Of a DNA stretch of 64,000 bases, positions 38,186-47,390 are shown piece by piece. The notes below the pieces were generated by a model, which was given only the letters and a program-made list of their open reading frames with translations, did not search any database and was not told the origin of the DNA. A program made the translations under genes and the position numbers. Source of the DNA: a virus (taxonomy: Duplodnaviria > Caudoviricetes); IMG/VR virus record IMGVR_UViG_3300033067_002502, positions 106,417 to 170,416 of that record; one strand, written 5' to 3'. Position 1 is the first letter of the stretch, and each line of letters begins with the position of its first letter.

Positions 38186-40738
38186 ATGTCAGAAATAGAA
38201 ATAGAAAAAGAAAATCCATATATATGTTTAAGAGTTACAGATTCTACTACATTTATTATAGGTAAGCTATCTAAAGATATTTATAAAGAGTTAAAAACAA
38301 CTCTTGGTTATAAAGATCCTACTGCTGCGTGGAAAAATATTGATCCTGAAAAATGGGATGGATATGTAACTACGGTTTGTTATAATAAACAATGGTGTAG
38401 GTGTTCTATAAAGAAAGATGGAGTTCATTTCCCAACTGGTCTATATAGTAGAGCTATTGATTTTTTTAAAGCCTACAGTATTCCAGTTACTGTTGTTGAT
38501 GATCGTAGTAAATTTTCTAATAATAAAATTGACATTAGGACTAGTTCTTCTTTTCAGACTAGAGATTATCAACAAACTATTATTAATGATTCCGTTCAAA
38601 GACAAAGAGGTATTATAAAACTGGCCACTGGGGGCGGAAAGTGTTTGGGAAAAGGTACTCCTGTATTAATGCATGATGGTAAAATCAAAAATGTAGAAGA
38701 TATAAAGTCAGGAGATCTTTTGATGGGACCAGATTCCACTCCTAGAAAGGTTCTTTCTACTATTTCTGGTTATGATCAAATGTATAGAATTGTTCCTAAA
38801 AGAGGAACTCCGTTTATTGTAAATGAACCTCATATACTTTCTCTTAAAATGACTCGCGGCAGTAAAAAAGATGGTCAAATAGTAAATATATCAGTTAAAG
38901 ATTATCTTGAAAAAAATAAAACCTTTAAACATGTTGCAAAAGGTTATCGAGTTCCTGTTGATTTTACTTTGAAAAAAGTGCCACTTGATCCATATTTTAT
39001 AGGAATTTGGCTTGGAGATGGTAGATCTGATTCTCCAGAAATTAGTTCTAAAGATTCAGAAATAGTTGAGTATTTGAAGCATTTTGGTTCTTTACATAAT
39101 CTTAAGTTAATAACTAAGGTTTATGGCAATAGGTGTCCTCAGCATGCTATTTCTAACGGTCGTAAGGGAGGCGTAGTTGTTAATTCTGTTTTGAATTCTT
39201 TAAGAAAATTAAATCTTATTAATAATAAACATATTCCATTTATTTATAAAGTTAATGGAAAAAAGCAACGATTGCAATTATTAGCAGGACTTATTGATAC
39301 GGACGGAAGCCTTCATAATGGAGGATATGATTATATTTCAATTAGCGAAACACTAGCTAATGATGTTGCTTTTGTAGCAAGATCTCTAGGTTTAAAAGCC
39401 GTGGTTTCTCCATGTATAAAAACATGTTGTAATAATGGTAAAAAGGGTAATTATTATCGAGTATCTATTAGTGGAGATTGTAGTATTATTCCTGTAAAAA
39501 TTGAAAGAAAAAAAGCTCATGTAAGAAAACAAAAAAAAGATTGTTTGATGTTTGGATTTAATGTTGAAAAACTTGGAATTGATGAATATTTTGGTTTTGA
39601 AATAGATGGTGATAGGCTTTTTTTATTAGGCGATTTTACTGTAACTCATAATACGGCAGTAGGAGCAGGAATTATTAGTAGTTTAGGAGTTGCTCCTTTT
39701 ATTTTTTATGTTACATCTCAAGATTTGCTTACTCAAGCAAAAAACGAGTTTGAAAAGTTTTTAACAGTAGATGGAAAGCCTATTGAAATTGGCGTAATTG
39801 GAGCAGGACAGTGTAACATTAAAGATGTTAATATAATGACAATCCAAACAGCAATTAGAGCTTTGGGAGAAAAATTTACTAAGTTTGATGAAGAAGACGA
39901 ACCAGAGAAAATATCTGAAGCAACAAAATCCAGATACGAAGCAATTGCTGATTTGATTCATAATGCAAAAGCTTTTATTGCAGACGAAACACAACATTGG
40001 GCTGCTGAAACTTGTCAAGTCATTGCAGATCATTCTTATAATGCAAGATTCAGGTTTGGAATGTCAGCTACGCCTTGGAGAGATCTTGGAGATGATCTTT
40101 TAATTGATGCATGTTTTGGTAGAGTAATTGCGGATATAAATGCATCTTTCTTGATTAAGAAAGGAATTCTGGTAAGACCAACAATCTACTTTGTTCATAC
40201 AAAAAAGAAATTTGATGATTATGATATTACTTATTCAACTGCTTATAAAGAAGGAATTGCTGAAAATGAAGAGCGTAATTTAATTATTGCTAATATAGCT
40301 CAAAATATGGTTAAAGAAGGTAGAAATATTCTTATTCTAATAAAGCATATACCTCATGGACTTCTTTTAGAATCTCTTATTCCTGATAGCATTTTTCTTC
40401 ATGGATCTCACTCAGGTAAAGCAAGAAAAAAACATCTTGATAAAATGAGAGATAAAAAAGTTTCAGTTACAATAGCTACAAGTATATTTGATGAAGGTGT
40501 TGATGTTAAGTGTCTTGATGGTCTTATTTTGGGAGGATCGGGTAAGTCTCAAACTCGTGCATTGCAAAGGATTGGTAGAGTTATTAGAACTTATGAAGAT
40601 AACTTAACTGGATTCGTTAAAAAAGATGCATATGTTGTTGATTTTCATGATAACATGAAATACATGTATACTCATAGTAAAGCAAGAAGAACAATATACG
40701 AAACTGAACCAGAATTTATCATTAAGGATTTTAGGTAA
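38186..40738 (+). CDS. Superfamily 2 DNA helicase (UvsW/ResIII-like), intein-containing
   Basis: RDYQ Q-motif, ATGGGK|T Walker A interrupted by an intein, DETQH, MSATP, IFDEGVD, QRIGRVIR; ~513 aa after splicing. Confidence 0.9.
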   Translation: MSEIEIEKENPYICLRVTDSTTFIIGKLSKDIYKELKTTLGYKDPTAAWKNIDPEKWDGYVTTVCYNKQWCRCSIKKDGVHFPTGLYSRAIDFFKAYSIPVTVVDDRSKFSNNKIDIRTSSSFQTRDYQQTIINDSVQRQRGIIKLATGGGKCLGKGTPVLMHDGKIKNVEDIKSGDLLMGPDSTPRKVLSTISGYDQMYRIVPKRGTPFIVNEPHILSLKMTRGSKKDGQIVNISVKDYLEKNKTFKHVAKGYRVPVDFTLKKVPLDPYFIGIWLGDGRSDSPEISSKDSEIVEYLKHFGSLHNLKLITKVYGNRCPQHAISNGRKGGVVVNSVLNSLRKLNLINNKHIPFIYKVNGKKQRLQLLAGLIDTDGSLHNGGYDYISISETLANDVAFVARSLGLKAVVSPCIKTCCNNGKKGNYYRVSISGDCSIIPVKIERKKAHVRKQKKDCLMFGFNVEKLGIDEYFGFEIDGDRLFLLGDFTVTHNTAVGAGIISSLGVAPFIFYVTSQDLLTQAKNEFEKFLTVDGKPIEIGVIGAGQCNIKDVNIMTIQTAIRALGEKFTKFDEEDEPEKISEATKSRYEAIADLIHNAKAFIADETQHWAAETCQVIADHSYNARFRFGMSATPWRDLGDDLLIDACFGRVIADINASFLIKKGILVRPTIYFVHTKKKFDDYDITYSTAYKEGIAENEERNLIIANIAQNMVKEGRNILILIKHIPHGLLLESLIPDSIFLHGSHSGKARKKHLDKMRDKKVSVTIATSIFDEGVDVKCLDGLILGGSGKSQTRALQRIGRVIRTYEDNLTGFVKKDAYVVDFHDNMKYMYTHSKARRTIYETEPEFIIKDFR
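38642..39652 (+). mobile_element. Cis-intein (337 aa) with LAGLIDADG homing endonuclease, in the helicase Walker A
   Basis: Starts CLGKGTPV, block B VNEPHIL, ends FTVTHN followed by Thr; LAGLIDADG motifs IGIWLGDG and LAGLIDTDG. Confidence 0.95.
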
Positions 40739-40741
40739 TAA

Positions 40742-41845
40742 ATGGCACGTAAAAGAGAACATTATGATAATATATTTGCAGAAACAGATAAAGATAAATT
40801 TCTTGTTAATGCTATAAACTCGCAATCTGATTTTGCTTCAACATCAAACCCTTATGTTGGGAATAAGAGAAAAATACTTGTTGATATAGTTATGACTGTC
40901 TACGAGAATCTTCGTTATGACGAGATTAATTATGTATGTGACCTTTTTGCTGGAAGCTCTGTTGTTGGCTCTTTCTTTAAGAAGTTAGGCAAAACCGTTT
41001 ATTCTAACGAGTTGCTTAAGTCTTCTTATATGAATGGAGTCGCTTTACAAAATAGCGATGGCTCTGAAATAACTCCTAATGCTTGGGAGTTTATGCTCAA
41101 CAATAAAAACAAGAACGCTGATAAGTTTGTTGAGGCTAAGTATGCTGGTAAGAGGTTTACTCAAAAGGAAGCAGAGTTTATAGACAACTATTACGCAAAT
41201 GCGGAAGAGTTGTATGGCAAAACTGATGGCGGTAAGTATTGTATTTTGCAATCCACTATCATGCAGTTTATAATGTCTCATTGCTTTGTTGGAGGTAGAC
41301 TCAATAGTGGGCAAGTTATAGCTTCCCTTGACCATAGATTGCAACATCAAAGAAATAATAACTGCGAAATGAATTTTAGTAAGATGAAGCCATTTGCTTT
41401 CAATTGTGGAGGTCCACAATCTTACTTTTCAAACTCTGATGTTTTTGATTTCCTTAAAAAAGGATTTGACAAGAATCCAGATCTTATATACATAGATCCT
41501 CCTTATGGTGGTCAGCAAAGCGATTATGCTTCTATGTATCAGTTTTTTGAGGAATATTTAGCTAGAACAAATTTTGATAATATTTCATATTTAAAGGGCA
41601 CTTCTGATAAGTTTTCTAAGTCCAAAACTTATAAGGATTCTTTTGCAGAAGTGTTAATAGCGTTGCCGAAGGAGTCTTGCTGGATGATTAGCTACAATGA
41701 TAGTAGTTGGGCAGATATTGATATAATCGTAGATATGCTTCGTAAACATAAGACAATAGTAACCGTTAAAGAGATAAAATACTCATACAAGCATCGTTCA
41801 TCAGAAAATGTATCAGGTTTTGAATATTTAATTATTGGACAGTAA
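40742..41845 (+). CDS. DNA adenine methyltransferase (D12/FokI-like class)
   Basis: NPYVGNKRK, DLFAGS, YSNE, IYIDPPY, ISYN, EYLI. Confidence 0.85.
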   Translation: MARKREHYDNIFAETDKDKFLVNAINSQSDFASTSNPYVGNKRKILVDIVMTVYENLRYDEINYVCDLFAGSSVVGSFFKKLGKTVYSNELLKSSYMNGVALQNSDGSEITPNAWEFMLNNKNKNADKFVEAKYAGKRFTQKEAEFIDNYYANAEELYGKTDGGKYCILQSTIMQFIMSHCFVGGRLNSGQVIASLDHRLQHQRNNNCEMNFSKMKPFAFNCGGPQSYFSNSDVFDFLKKGFDKNPDLIYIDPPYGGQQSDYASMYQFFEEYLARTNFDNISYLKGTSDKFSKSKTYKDSFAEVLIALPKESCWMISYNDSSWADIDIIVDMLRKHKTIVTVKEIKYSYKHRSSENVSGFEYLIIGQ

Positions 41846-42788
41846 CATGTCAAGAAAGAATAAAAAAATGAAAGTAGAAGATCCTATGTTTGATTTGATT
41901 TCTATTAGTCAAAAAAACGCAATAGAAGGGATTGGTCCTAAAAATAAGAAAAAACAGCCTTCTATTTTTGATGTTATTGGAAATAATTCTTTAGAAATCA
42001 CAAATTCAGAAATATCTGAATCTAAAAATCTTCCAGATAAGAAATTTCTTAAATCAGGAATTTCGGATTGGAAAAATCTTCCAATAAAAAGGGCTGTTTC
42101 TTCTATGAATAAACCTGTTGAAGATTGGCATTCTGAGCAATTTTATATTTATTTTTCAAGATTATATAAGGAAAAATATCCTCTATCTAATCTTGAAACA
42201 TCAACTAGAGCTGGTATTACTTTTATGAAAAAGTTATTAGAAGATTTTAAAGAAACTCTTAATAGGGAGTTTAATCCAGAAGTAATAAAAAAATATCTTG
42301 ATTGGTTTATTAAAAACGAGCTTGATATATTTATTTCCCAAAAAGGAAAATTTGTATTACAAGATCTTCGTTCAAAAAAAGCAATGAGAAGGTTTGATAA
42401 TCAACACAGAATAGAAGAATCTGCAATTGTCGTTGATGAAGTTGTTTCTGTAGTCCCTGATAATGCATTTAAAAGAATGACATTGATATTTAAAGCAAGT
42501 CGAATCAATTTTATAATGAAATACGGAGTTGTTATATCTCTTTATTGGCTTATAAATGAAAAATCAATAAAACCAGATGAAGCAAAAGATATTATTATAG
42601 CTATACTAAAGGATACAAATAAAGAAGGAGAATCAAGTATTGAAAAAGTAAAAATTATTACTTCTTCTTTTTCTCCTTATCCATTGACGTATAATAATAA
42701 TCTCTTAAAAGATATATTTAGTTTTCTTAAAATGGAAATTAGTGATATTCAATTTTCAGAAAAATCCAAAGATATTATTTTTGGATAA
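41835..42788 (+). CDS. Hypothetical protein (317 aa) in the replication module
   Basis: Long ORF overlapping the MTase stop; helical, Lys-rich; function not recognised. Confidence 0.65.
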   Translation: MDSNMSRKNKKMKVEDPMFDLISISQKNAIEGIGPKNKKKQPSIFDVIGNNSLEITNSEISESKNLPDKKFLKSGISDWKNLPIKRAVSSMNKPVEDWHSEQFYIYFSRLYKEKYPLSNLETSTRAGITFMKKLLEDFKETLNREFNPEVIKKYLDWFIKNELDIFISQKGKFVLQDLRSKKAMRRFDNQHRIEESAIVVDEVVSVVPDNAFKRMTLIFKASRINFIMKYGVVISLYWLINEKSIKPDEAKDIIIAILKDTNKEGESSIEKVKIITSSFSPYPLTYNNNLLKDIFSFLKMEISDIQFSEKSKDIIFG

Positions 42789-42838
42789 CGCTTTTGAGCG
42801 TATTAGTTTAAAGTGCATTTAAATATTTTATAAAAACG

Positions 42839-42847
42839 TGATATACT
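42839..42847 (+). promoter_or_regulatory. Extended -10 promoter candidate (TGATATACT) upstream of the AAA ATPase
   Basis: TGnTATACT in a 137-nt intergenic region, preceded by a small ACGCT/AGCGT hairpin at ~42788-42801. Confidence 0.4.
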
Positions 42848-42925
42848 TTTGACAAGAGATCTCATAAGACGATCTATTTGTAGTAAATCTTATTTAATTC
42901 ACTAAAAATAGTAGAAAAGAGAATT

Positions 42926-43936
42926 ATGCCTAAAGAAGAAGAACTGGATTTTAGAAAAAAACATATTAGTATGGCTACGAAAGAGTTTAACAACAATTTT
43001 ATAGCGTTGCTTAGAACCAGAACTCAGGTTATTTATATATCTAGTAATGAAGAAAAAAGGCTTATTGAATATCTTCATAGCGTTTCTATGGATAGAGGAT
43101 ATGAAGCCTTTGAATGGGATTGTTTTTCTCTTTTAAGGAAATTAGGTTCAAAAGAAAAGATAACGATTACTTCGGGTTTAGATATTAGATATCCAGAACC
43201 AATTCTTACTTTCATTATAGAAGAATTAGAAAAAAGAGAAAAGAAGAAAGAAGATGGTAATGGTGCTTTATATATATTGTGTGATTTTTATAGATATCTA
43301 TCTCCAGATAGGTGTAATCCTCAAATAGAAAGACAAATAAAGCATATCAATAATCTTACTACAAATTGTCATGTTATATTTACAGGTCCAACTTATATAA
43401 ACAATCAATCTCTTGAAAAAGAAATATCTGTTTTAGATTTTCCTTTTCCTAATGAAAAAGAGATAAAAGAAGTATTAACAAGTCTTACAAATGCTGAAAA
43501 AGTAAAAACAGGAATACCTGGTATCAGCAAAATAATGGAAAAAAATGAAGAAGAATTGATTAATTCAGTAAAAGGACTTACTTTGATGGAGTCTCGCCAT
43601 GCTTATTCTAAGTCTATTGTTATGGCTAATCAATTAGGAATAAAGCCTTTAGATATAAATTTAATATTACAAGAGAAAAAAGAAATTATCAAAAAAACTG
43701 ATATTTTAGAATATGTTGATTCTAATAATACTACAATAGATAATGTTGGAGGACTTGACGATCTTGTTCGTTGGTTGAATATTCGCAAGGTATCTTTTTC
43801 TAAAGAGGCTATTGATTACGGACTAAAACCTCCAAAGGGAGTTTTGCTATTAGGGCTACCAGGATGTGTATTAGGAAATACAAAAATAAGAATTAGAAAG
43901 AAAAAAGAAGGGAAACATCTCATATACGTTTTGTAA
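42926..43936 (+). CDS. Ycf46-like AAA+ ATPase, N-terminal fragment ending in a split-intein N-part
   Basis: Ycf46 signatures (NEEKR, LDFPFP, EKKEIIKKTDILEY, VGGLDDL, YGLKPPKGVLLLGLPG), then CVLGNTKIRIR... and a stop. Confidence 0.9.
   Translation: MPKEEELDFRKKHISMATKEFNNNFIALLRTRTQVIYISSNEEKRLIEYLHSVSMDRGYEAFEWDCFSLLRKLGSKEKITITSGLDIRYPEPILTFIIEELEKREKKKEDGNGALYILCDFYRYLSPDRCNPQIERQIKHINNLTTNCHVIFTGPTYINNQSLEKEISVLDFPFPNEKEIKEVLTSLTNAEKVKTGIPGISKIMEKNEEELINSVKGLTLMESRHAYSKSIVMANQLGIKPLDINLILQEKKEIIKKTDILEYVDSNNTTIDNVGGLDDLVRWLNIRKVSFSKEAIDYGLKPPKGVLLLGLPGCVLGNTKIRIRKKKEGKHLIYVL
43865..43933 (+). mobile_element. Split intein N-fragment, 23 aa (CVLGNTKIRIRKKKEGKHLIYVL)
   Basis: Intein block A (C-V-x-G-x-T-x-I) begins exactly within Walker A (GLPG|C); strongly basic. 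Confidence 0.85.
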
Positions 43937-43958
43937 TCAGAATAATTTAGAGTACAGA

Positions 43959-44081
43959 ATGGTTGATGTTAGAATTATAGAAATTTCCCAATTAGCTGAA
44001 ATGTATTTTTCAAAACAGATAAGACTTAATAAAATATCAGAAGAACGATTTTTAACTTTAATTAAGAGAATTAACAAATGA
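43959..44081 (+). CDS. 40-aa mini-ORF between the split-intein halves (not in the ORF track)
   Basis: ATG 43959 to TGA 44081, MVDVRIIEISQLAEMYFSKQIRLNKISEERFLTLIKRINK; its stop overlaps the next start (ATGA). Confidence 0.4.
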   Translation: MVDVRIIEISQLAEMYFSKQIRLNKISEERFLTLIKRINK

Positions 44082-44455
44082 ATTTATATGAAGAAATAGA
44101 AATTGAAATACAAGATTTTTTTGCTATGGCAGAAAAAGAAGAAGGAATTTATGAAATAGATACTCCTGACGGTTGGCAAGAAATAGGATCTTTGATTAAA
44201 AAAAACAAAAAAGAGTGTTATATATTGCGAATGAGTAATGGAATTGAACTAGGATGCTCTAGTGAACATTTGGTTTTAACTGAAAATGGGTGGAAAAAAA
44301 CTAAAGATTTGGATGTTCAATTCGATTCGGTTTTATCTAAAAATGGAAGTACTTCTCTAATTGCAAAGGAATATGTTGGAATAAAAAATACATATGATTT
44401 GGAAGTTTTACACGAAAATCATAGATATTATTCTAATTCTATTATTTCACATAAT
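44078..44455 (+). mobile_element. Split intein C-fragment, 126 aa, endonuclease-free
   Basis: Lacks block A but has DTPDGW, block B CSSEHLV, block F TYDLEV and block G YYSNSIISHN followed by Cys. Confidence 0.88.
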
Positions 44456-46495
44456 TGTGGAAAGTCTCTAACAGCAAAAGCAACAGCAAGTGCGTATAAC
44501 ATGCCTCTTCTTCGTTTAGATTTTGGTAAAATGTTTAATTCTCTTGTTGGAGAAAGTGAAAAGATAGCTCGTCATGCAATTAAGCTTGCTGAAACAGTTG
44601 CTCCTTGTGTTAGCGGAGAATCTATAGTATATGATGATAATGGTAAATCTTATAAAATAAAAGATCTTGTAGAAAACGGCAATGGTGATAAGCCTATGTA
44701 TACATATTCTTTAAATGAAAAAACATGGAAATTAGAAAAAACTAAAGTAAAAGCAGTTATCAAGCATGCAGAAAAAAAGAAAATGCTTAGGATCTCTTCA
44801 TCTACAGGTTCTATTGATGTTACAGAAGATCACAAGATGATGGTAAATAGAGAAGGAAATCTTTTATGGGTTGAATCTAAAGATTTAACAAAGTCAGACG
44901 TTCTTGTTGTTTCTAAGACACTTGTTCGTACACAAAAGATTTTGAATATTAGAGAAATATTTCCTAATAAGAAAGACAAGAATATAACACTAAGATCTGG
45001 TGGGAAAATGCATTCAGCTGATGTTTCTGTATCACTTATTAGTCTTATGCATTTGGCTGTTATATCTGGAATGATTGATTCTAGCGGTTCGTGTAATGAA
45101 GAAACTGGAGATATTTTGTTTTCTCATGCAAATATCTCTATTTTACATTTTTTGGCATCTATGATGAGCGAGGCTTTTTTGACTGAGCCTCACGTTGGTA
45201 AAGATTTTGTTAAATTAAATAACAAAGTTGTTGCAAAAATGATTTCTCATTTTTTAGATAATGTTGGATCTCAAAATGAAGAAATAATTGGATGTTATTT
45301 GGGTGGGCATTTCCACGCTAGTGGAATCTTTGGCTTTGTTGATAAGGATGAAGATCCTTCAAGAAAACCATATGTTCAATTTTCTATTTTAACAGAAGGT
45401 GTATTTGATAGGATTCGTAAATCTTTGCTTGTTTATGGTATTATATCTTTTAAGTCTTTAAAAACAATGATTATCATAGATAATAATCATATTGAAACAT
45501 TTTTCCAAAAAGTTCCTATTCTTACAAAAAAAAGAGCTGTAGAAGTAAACAATTTTATAAATCATATTGAAAAATATCCTCCAAAATCAATAAATATGTT
45601 TGGATATAAATTTGGTAAATCGTTATTAAGTTTAAAGTCTGATTTTGGAATTACAGATGAAAAGTATGATAGCATATCTATGTTTGAAGAAAGCAATGCT
45701 GTTATGCAATATGATGTTGCTTCTTATTTGAATAGAGAAATTAAGAAAAATAGAAAAGAAAAAATAGATTGTCCTATTACTAAATTAGTTGAATCAGATA
45801 TAGTTTGTGTAAAGATTTATTCAATAGATTCTGTTGAAGAGCAGTGGGCTTACGATTTATCTTGTGAGGGTAATAATAATTTCTTTGCTAATGGATTTCT
45901 TTGCCATAATTGCATTCTTTGGGCTGATGAAATAGAGAAAGGTTTAGCTGGTGGAGTTGGTTCTGGATCTGGTGATAGCGGAACAACAAAAAGAGTTATT
46001 GGAACTTTTTTGACTTGGCTTCAAGAAAAGACAGCTCCAGTTTTTGTTATATGTACAGCTAATAATGTTCAAGATATTCCTCCAGAATTTATGAGAGCAG
46101 GTCGTTTTGATGAGGTATTTTTTGTTGATTTGCCAAGCAGTAAGGGTAGAGAGCAAATATTCAAAGTATTACTTAAAAAATTCAAATACGATCCAAATCT
46201 TTTTGATATTAAGGAATTATGTCTTTATACAAAAAATTATAGCGGTGCTGAAATCGAAAAAGCTATAGAAAATGCAATGTTTGAATGCTTTTGTGATAAT
46301 AAAAAAGAAATGCAAACAATAGATCTTGTTTTATCTTGCAGAAGCATAACTCCTTTATCAGAAACAAGAGATAAAGAATTCCAAGAAATGAGAACTTGGG
46401 CTAAGACTAGATGCAAATTTGCAAATACAGAAGAGTATGGTGGAAACGAAAAAGTAAATAAAAAAGAAATTGTAGATCTTGATTTCAATCAGTGA
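44078..46495 (+). CDS. Ycf46-like AAA+ ATPase, C-terminal fragment (split-intein C-part plus a second cis-intein)
   Basis: IntC ...SHN|CGKSLTAKA completes Walker A; LAETVAP|intein|CILWADEIEK Walker B; TANN...PPEFMRAGRFDE second region of homology. Confidence 0.9.
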   Translation: MNLYEEIEIEIQDFFAMAEKEEGIYEIDTPDGWQEIGSLIKKNKKECYILRMSNGIELGCSSEHLVLTENGWKKTKDLDVQFDSVLSKNGSTSLIAKEYVGIKNTYDLEVLHENHRYYSNSIISHNCGKSLTAKATASAYNMPLLRLDFGKMFNSLVGESEKIARHAIKLAETVAPCVSGESIVYDDNGKSYKIKDLVENGNGDKPMYTYSLNEKTWKLEKTKVKAVIKHAEKKKMLRISSSTGSIDVTEDHKMMVNREGNLLWVESKDLTKSDVLVVSKTLVRTQKILNIREIFPNKKDKNITLRSGGKMHSADVSVSLISLMHLAVISGMIDSSGSCNEETGDILFSHANISILHFLASMMSEAFLTEPHVGKDFVKLNNKVVAKMISHFLDNVGSQNEEIIGCYLGGHFHASGIFGFVDKDEDPSRKPYVQFSILTEGVFDRIRKSLLVYGIISFKSLKTMIIIDNNHIETFFQKVPILTKKRAVEVNNFINHIEKYPPKSINMFGYKFGKSLLSLKSDFGITDEKYDSISMFEESNAVMQYDVASYLNREIKKNRKEKIDCPITKLVESDIVCVKIYSIDSVEEQWAYDLSCEGNNNFFANGFLCHNCILWADEIEKGLAGGVGSGSGDSGTTKRVIGTFLTWLQEKTAPVFVICTANNVQDIPPEFMRAGRFDEVFFVDLPSSKGREQIFKVLLKKFKYDPNLFDIKELCLYTKNYSGAEIEKAIENAMFECFCDNKKEMQTIDLVLSCRSITPLSETRDKEFQEMRTWAKTRCKFANTEEYGGNEKVNKKEIVDLDFNQ
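44606..45910 (+). mobile_element. Cis-intein (435 aa) with degenerate LAGLIDADG domain, just before Walker B
   Basis: CVSGESIV...VTEDHKM...AYDLSCEGNNNFFANGFLCHN|C; endonuclease motifs read GMIDSSG and GHFHASG (acidic residue lost). Confidence 0.92.
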
Positions 46496-46534
46496 TTTTG
46501 TGGATATAAACCCTTTTTAATCCGAACTAGAAAA

Positions 46535-47389
46535 ATGGACTTAAGCTCAATAATAAAATTTTATCGTTATAACTTTTATAAAACAGTAGGAACAGATCCT
46601 TACGGAATGCCTGCTTTTTGCAAACACTACAAAGGAAATGATCAATGCGATAGAGATAAGGGTTGTTATTGTAAAAAACTTGCAGAAGTTAGGGGTCATA
46701 TTGATTATGTTATACCCTCTGAATATAGAGATTTGACAGTAGATAGTGCTAGAGGGTGGATAAAAGATAAAAATGGAAAATCACAACAAGTTTGGTCTGA
46801 TGAAAATCAAATTGAAATTCAAGAAATATTAAGATCCTATCTTTTTGGTAATATAGATTCTACTTCATTTAAGTGTAGAGAAGATTATAATAAAGCCTCA
46901 AAAATGGATATAAGGTTTGCAGAAGGAGAAAATCTTATTATTCACGGAAATGCTGTTCGTTCAAAAAAAGCAGGACTTCCTTCTCAACCAATGCCTGCTG
47001 GTAAGACCTTAATAGGTTGTCTTGTTTTAAAAGAGGCTATATGGAGACGATTGTATATTACAAACAGAGCTGATACTTACGCTCTTACTTCTTATCAAAC
47101 GCTAAGACAAGATTTAAAATTAAAAACAGAAAAGGGAAATAATTTAAAAGAATGCGATTGGCTTGTTATAGATGATATAAGTTTACCAGTTAATGAAAAC
47201 GATTTTGCTCATCAGAACTTTCTATCTTTATTTGATGATTTTTTAATGACAAGAATGGAAGCAAAACTTCCAACTGTTCTGATTTGTGAGTTTAATGTTT
47301 TGTCTAAAGATTATACTAATATACTTGGTTATAGTTTTCAAAAAATGGTTACTGCAAAAAATACATGGCTGATATCGGTGGGAGAGTAA
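46535..47389 (+). CDS. DnaC/IstB-like AAA+ helicase loader
   Basis: N-terminal Cys cluster (C..H...C....C.C), IP.EY, LIIHG...AGKT, WLVIDDI, R.EAKLPTVL; directly upstream of dnaB. Confidence 0.65.
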   Translation: MDLSSIIKFYRYNFYKTVGTDPYGMPAFCKHYKGNDQCDRDKGCYCKKLAEVRGHIDYVIPSEYRDLTVDSARGWIKDKNGKSQQVWSDENQIEIQEILRSYLFGNIDSTSFKCREDYNKASKMDIRFAEGENLIIHGNAVRSKKAGLPSQPMPAGKTLIGCLVLKEAIWRRLYITNRADTYALTSYQTLRQDLKLKTEKGNNLKECDWLVIDDISLPVNENDFAHQNFLSLFDDFLMTRMEAKLPTVLICEFNVLSKDYTNILGYSFQKMVTAKNTWLISVGE

Positions 47390-47390
47390 A

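Noticed and set aside
43934-44077. Readthrough, pseudogene or intron explanation for the AAA break (both fragments are in the same frame)
   Set aside because: The gap has many in-frame stops, is too short for a group I/II intron, and the fragments show intact, charge-complementary split-intein ends. Ribosomal bypass cannot be formally excluded.
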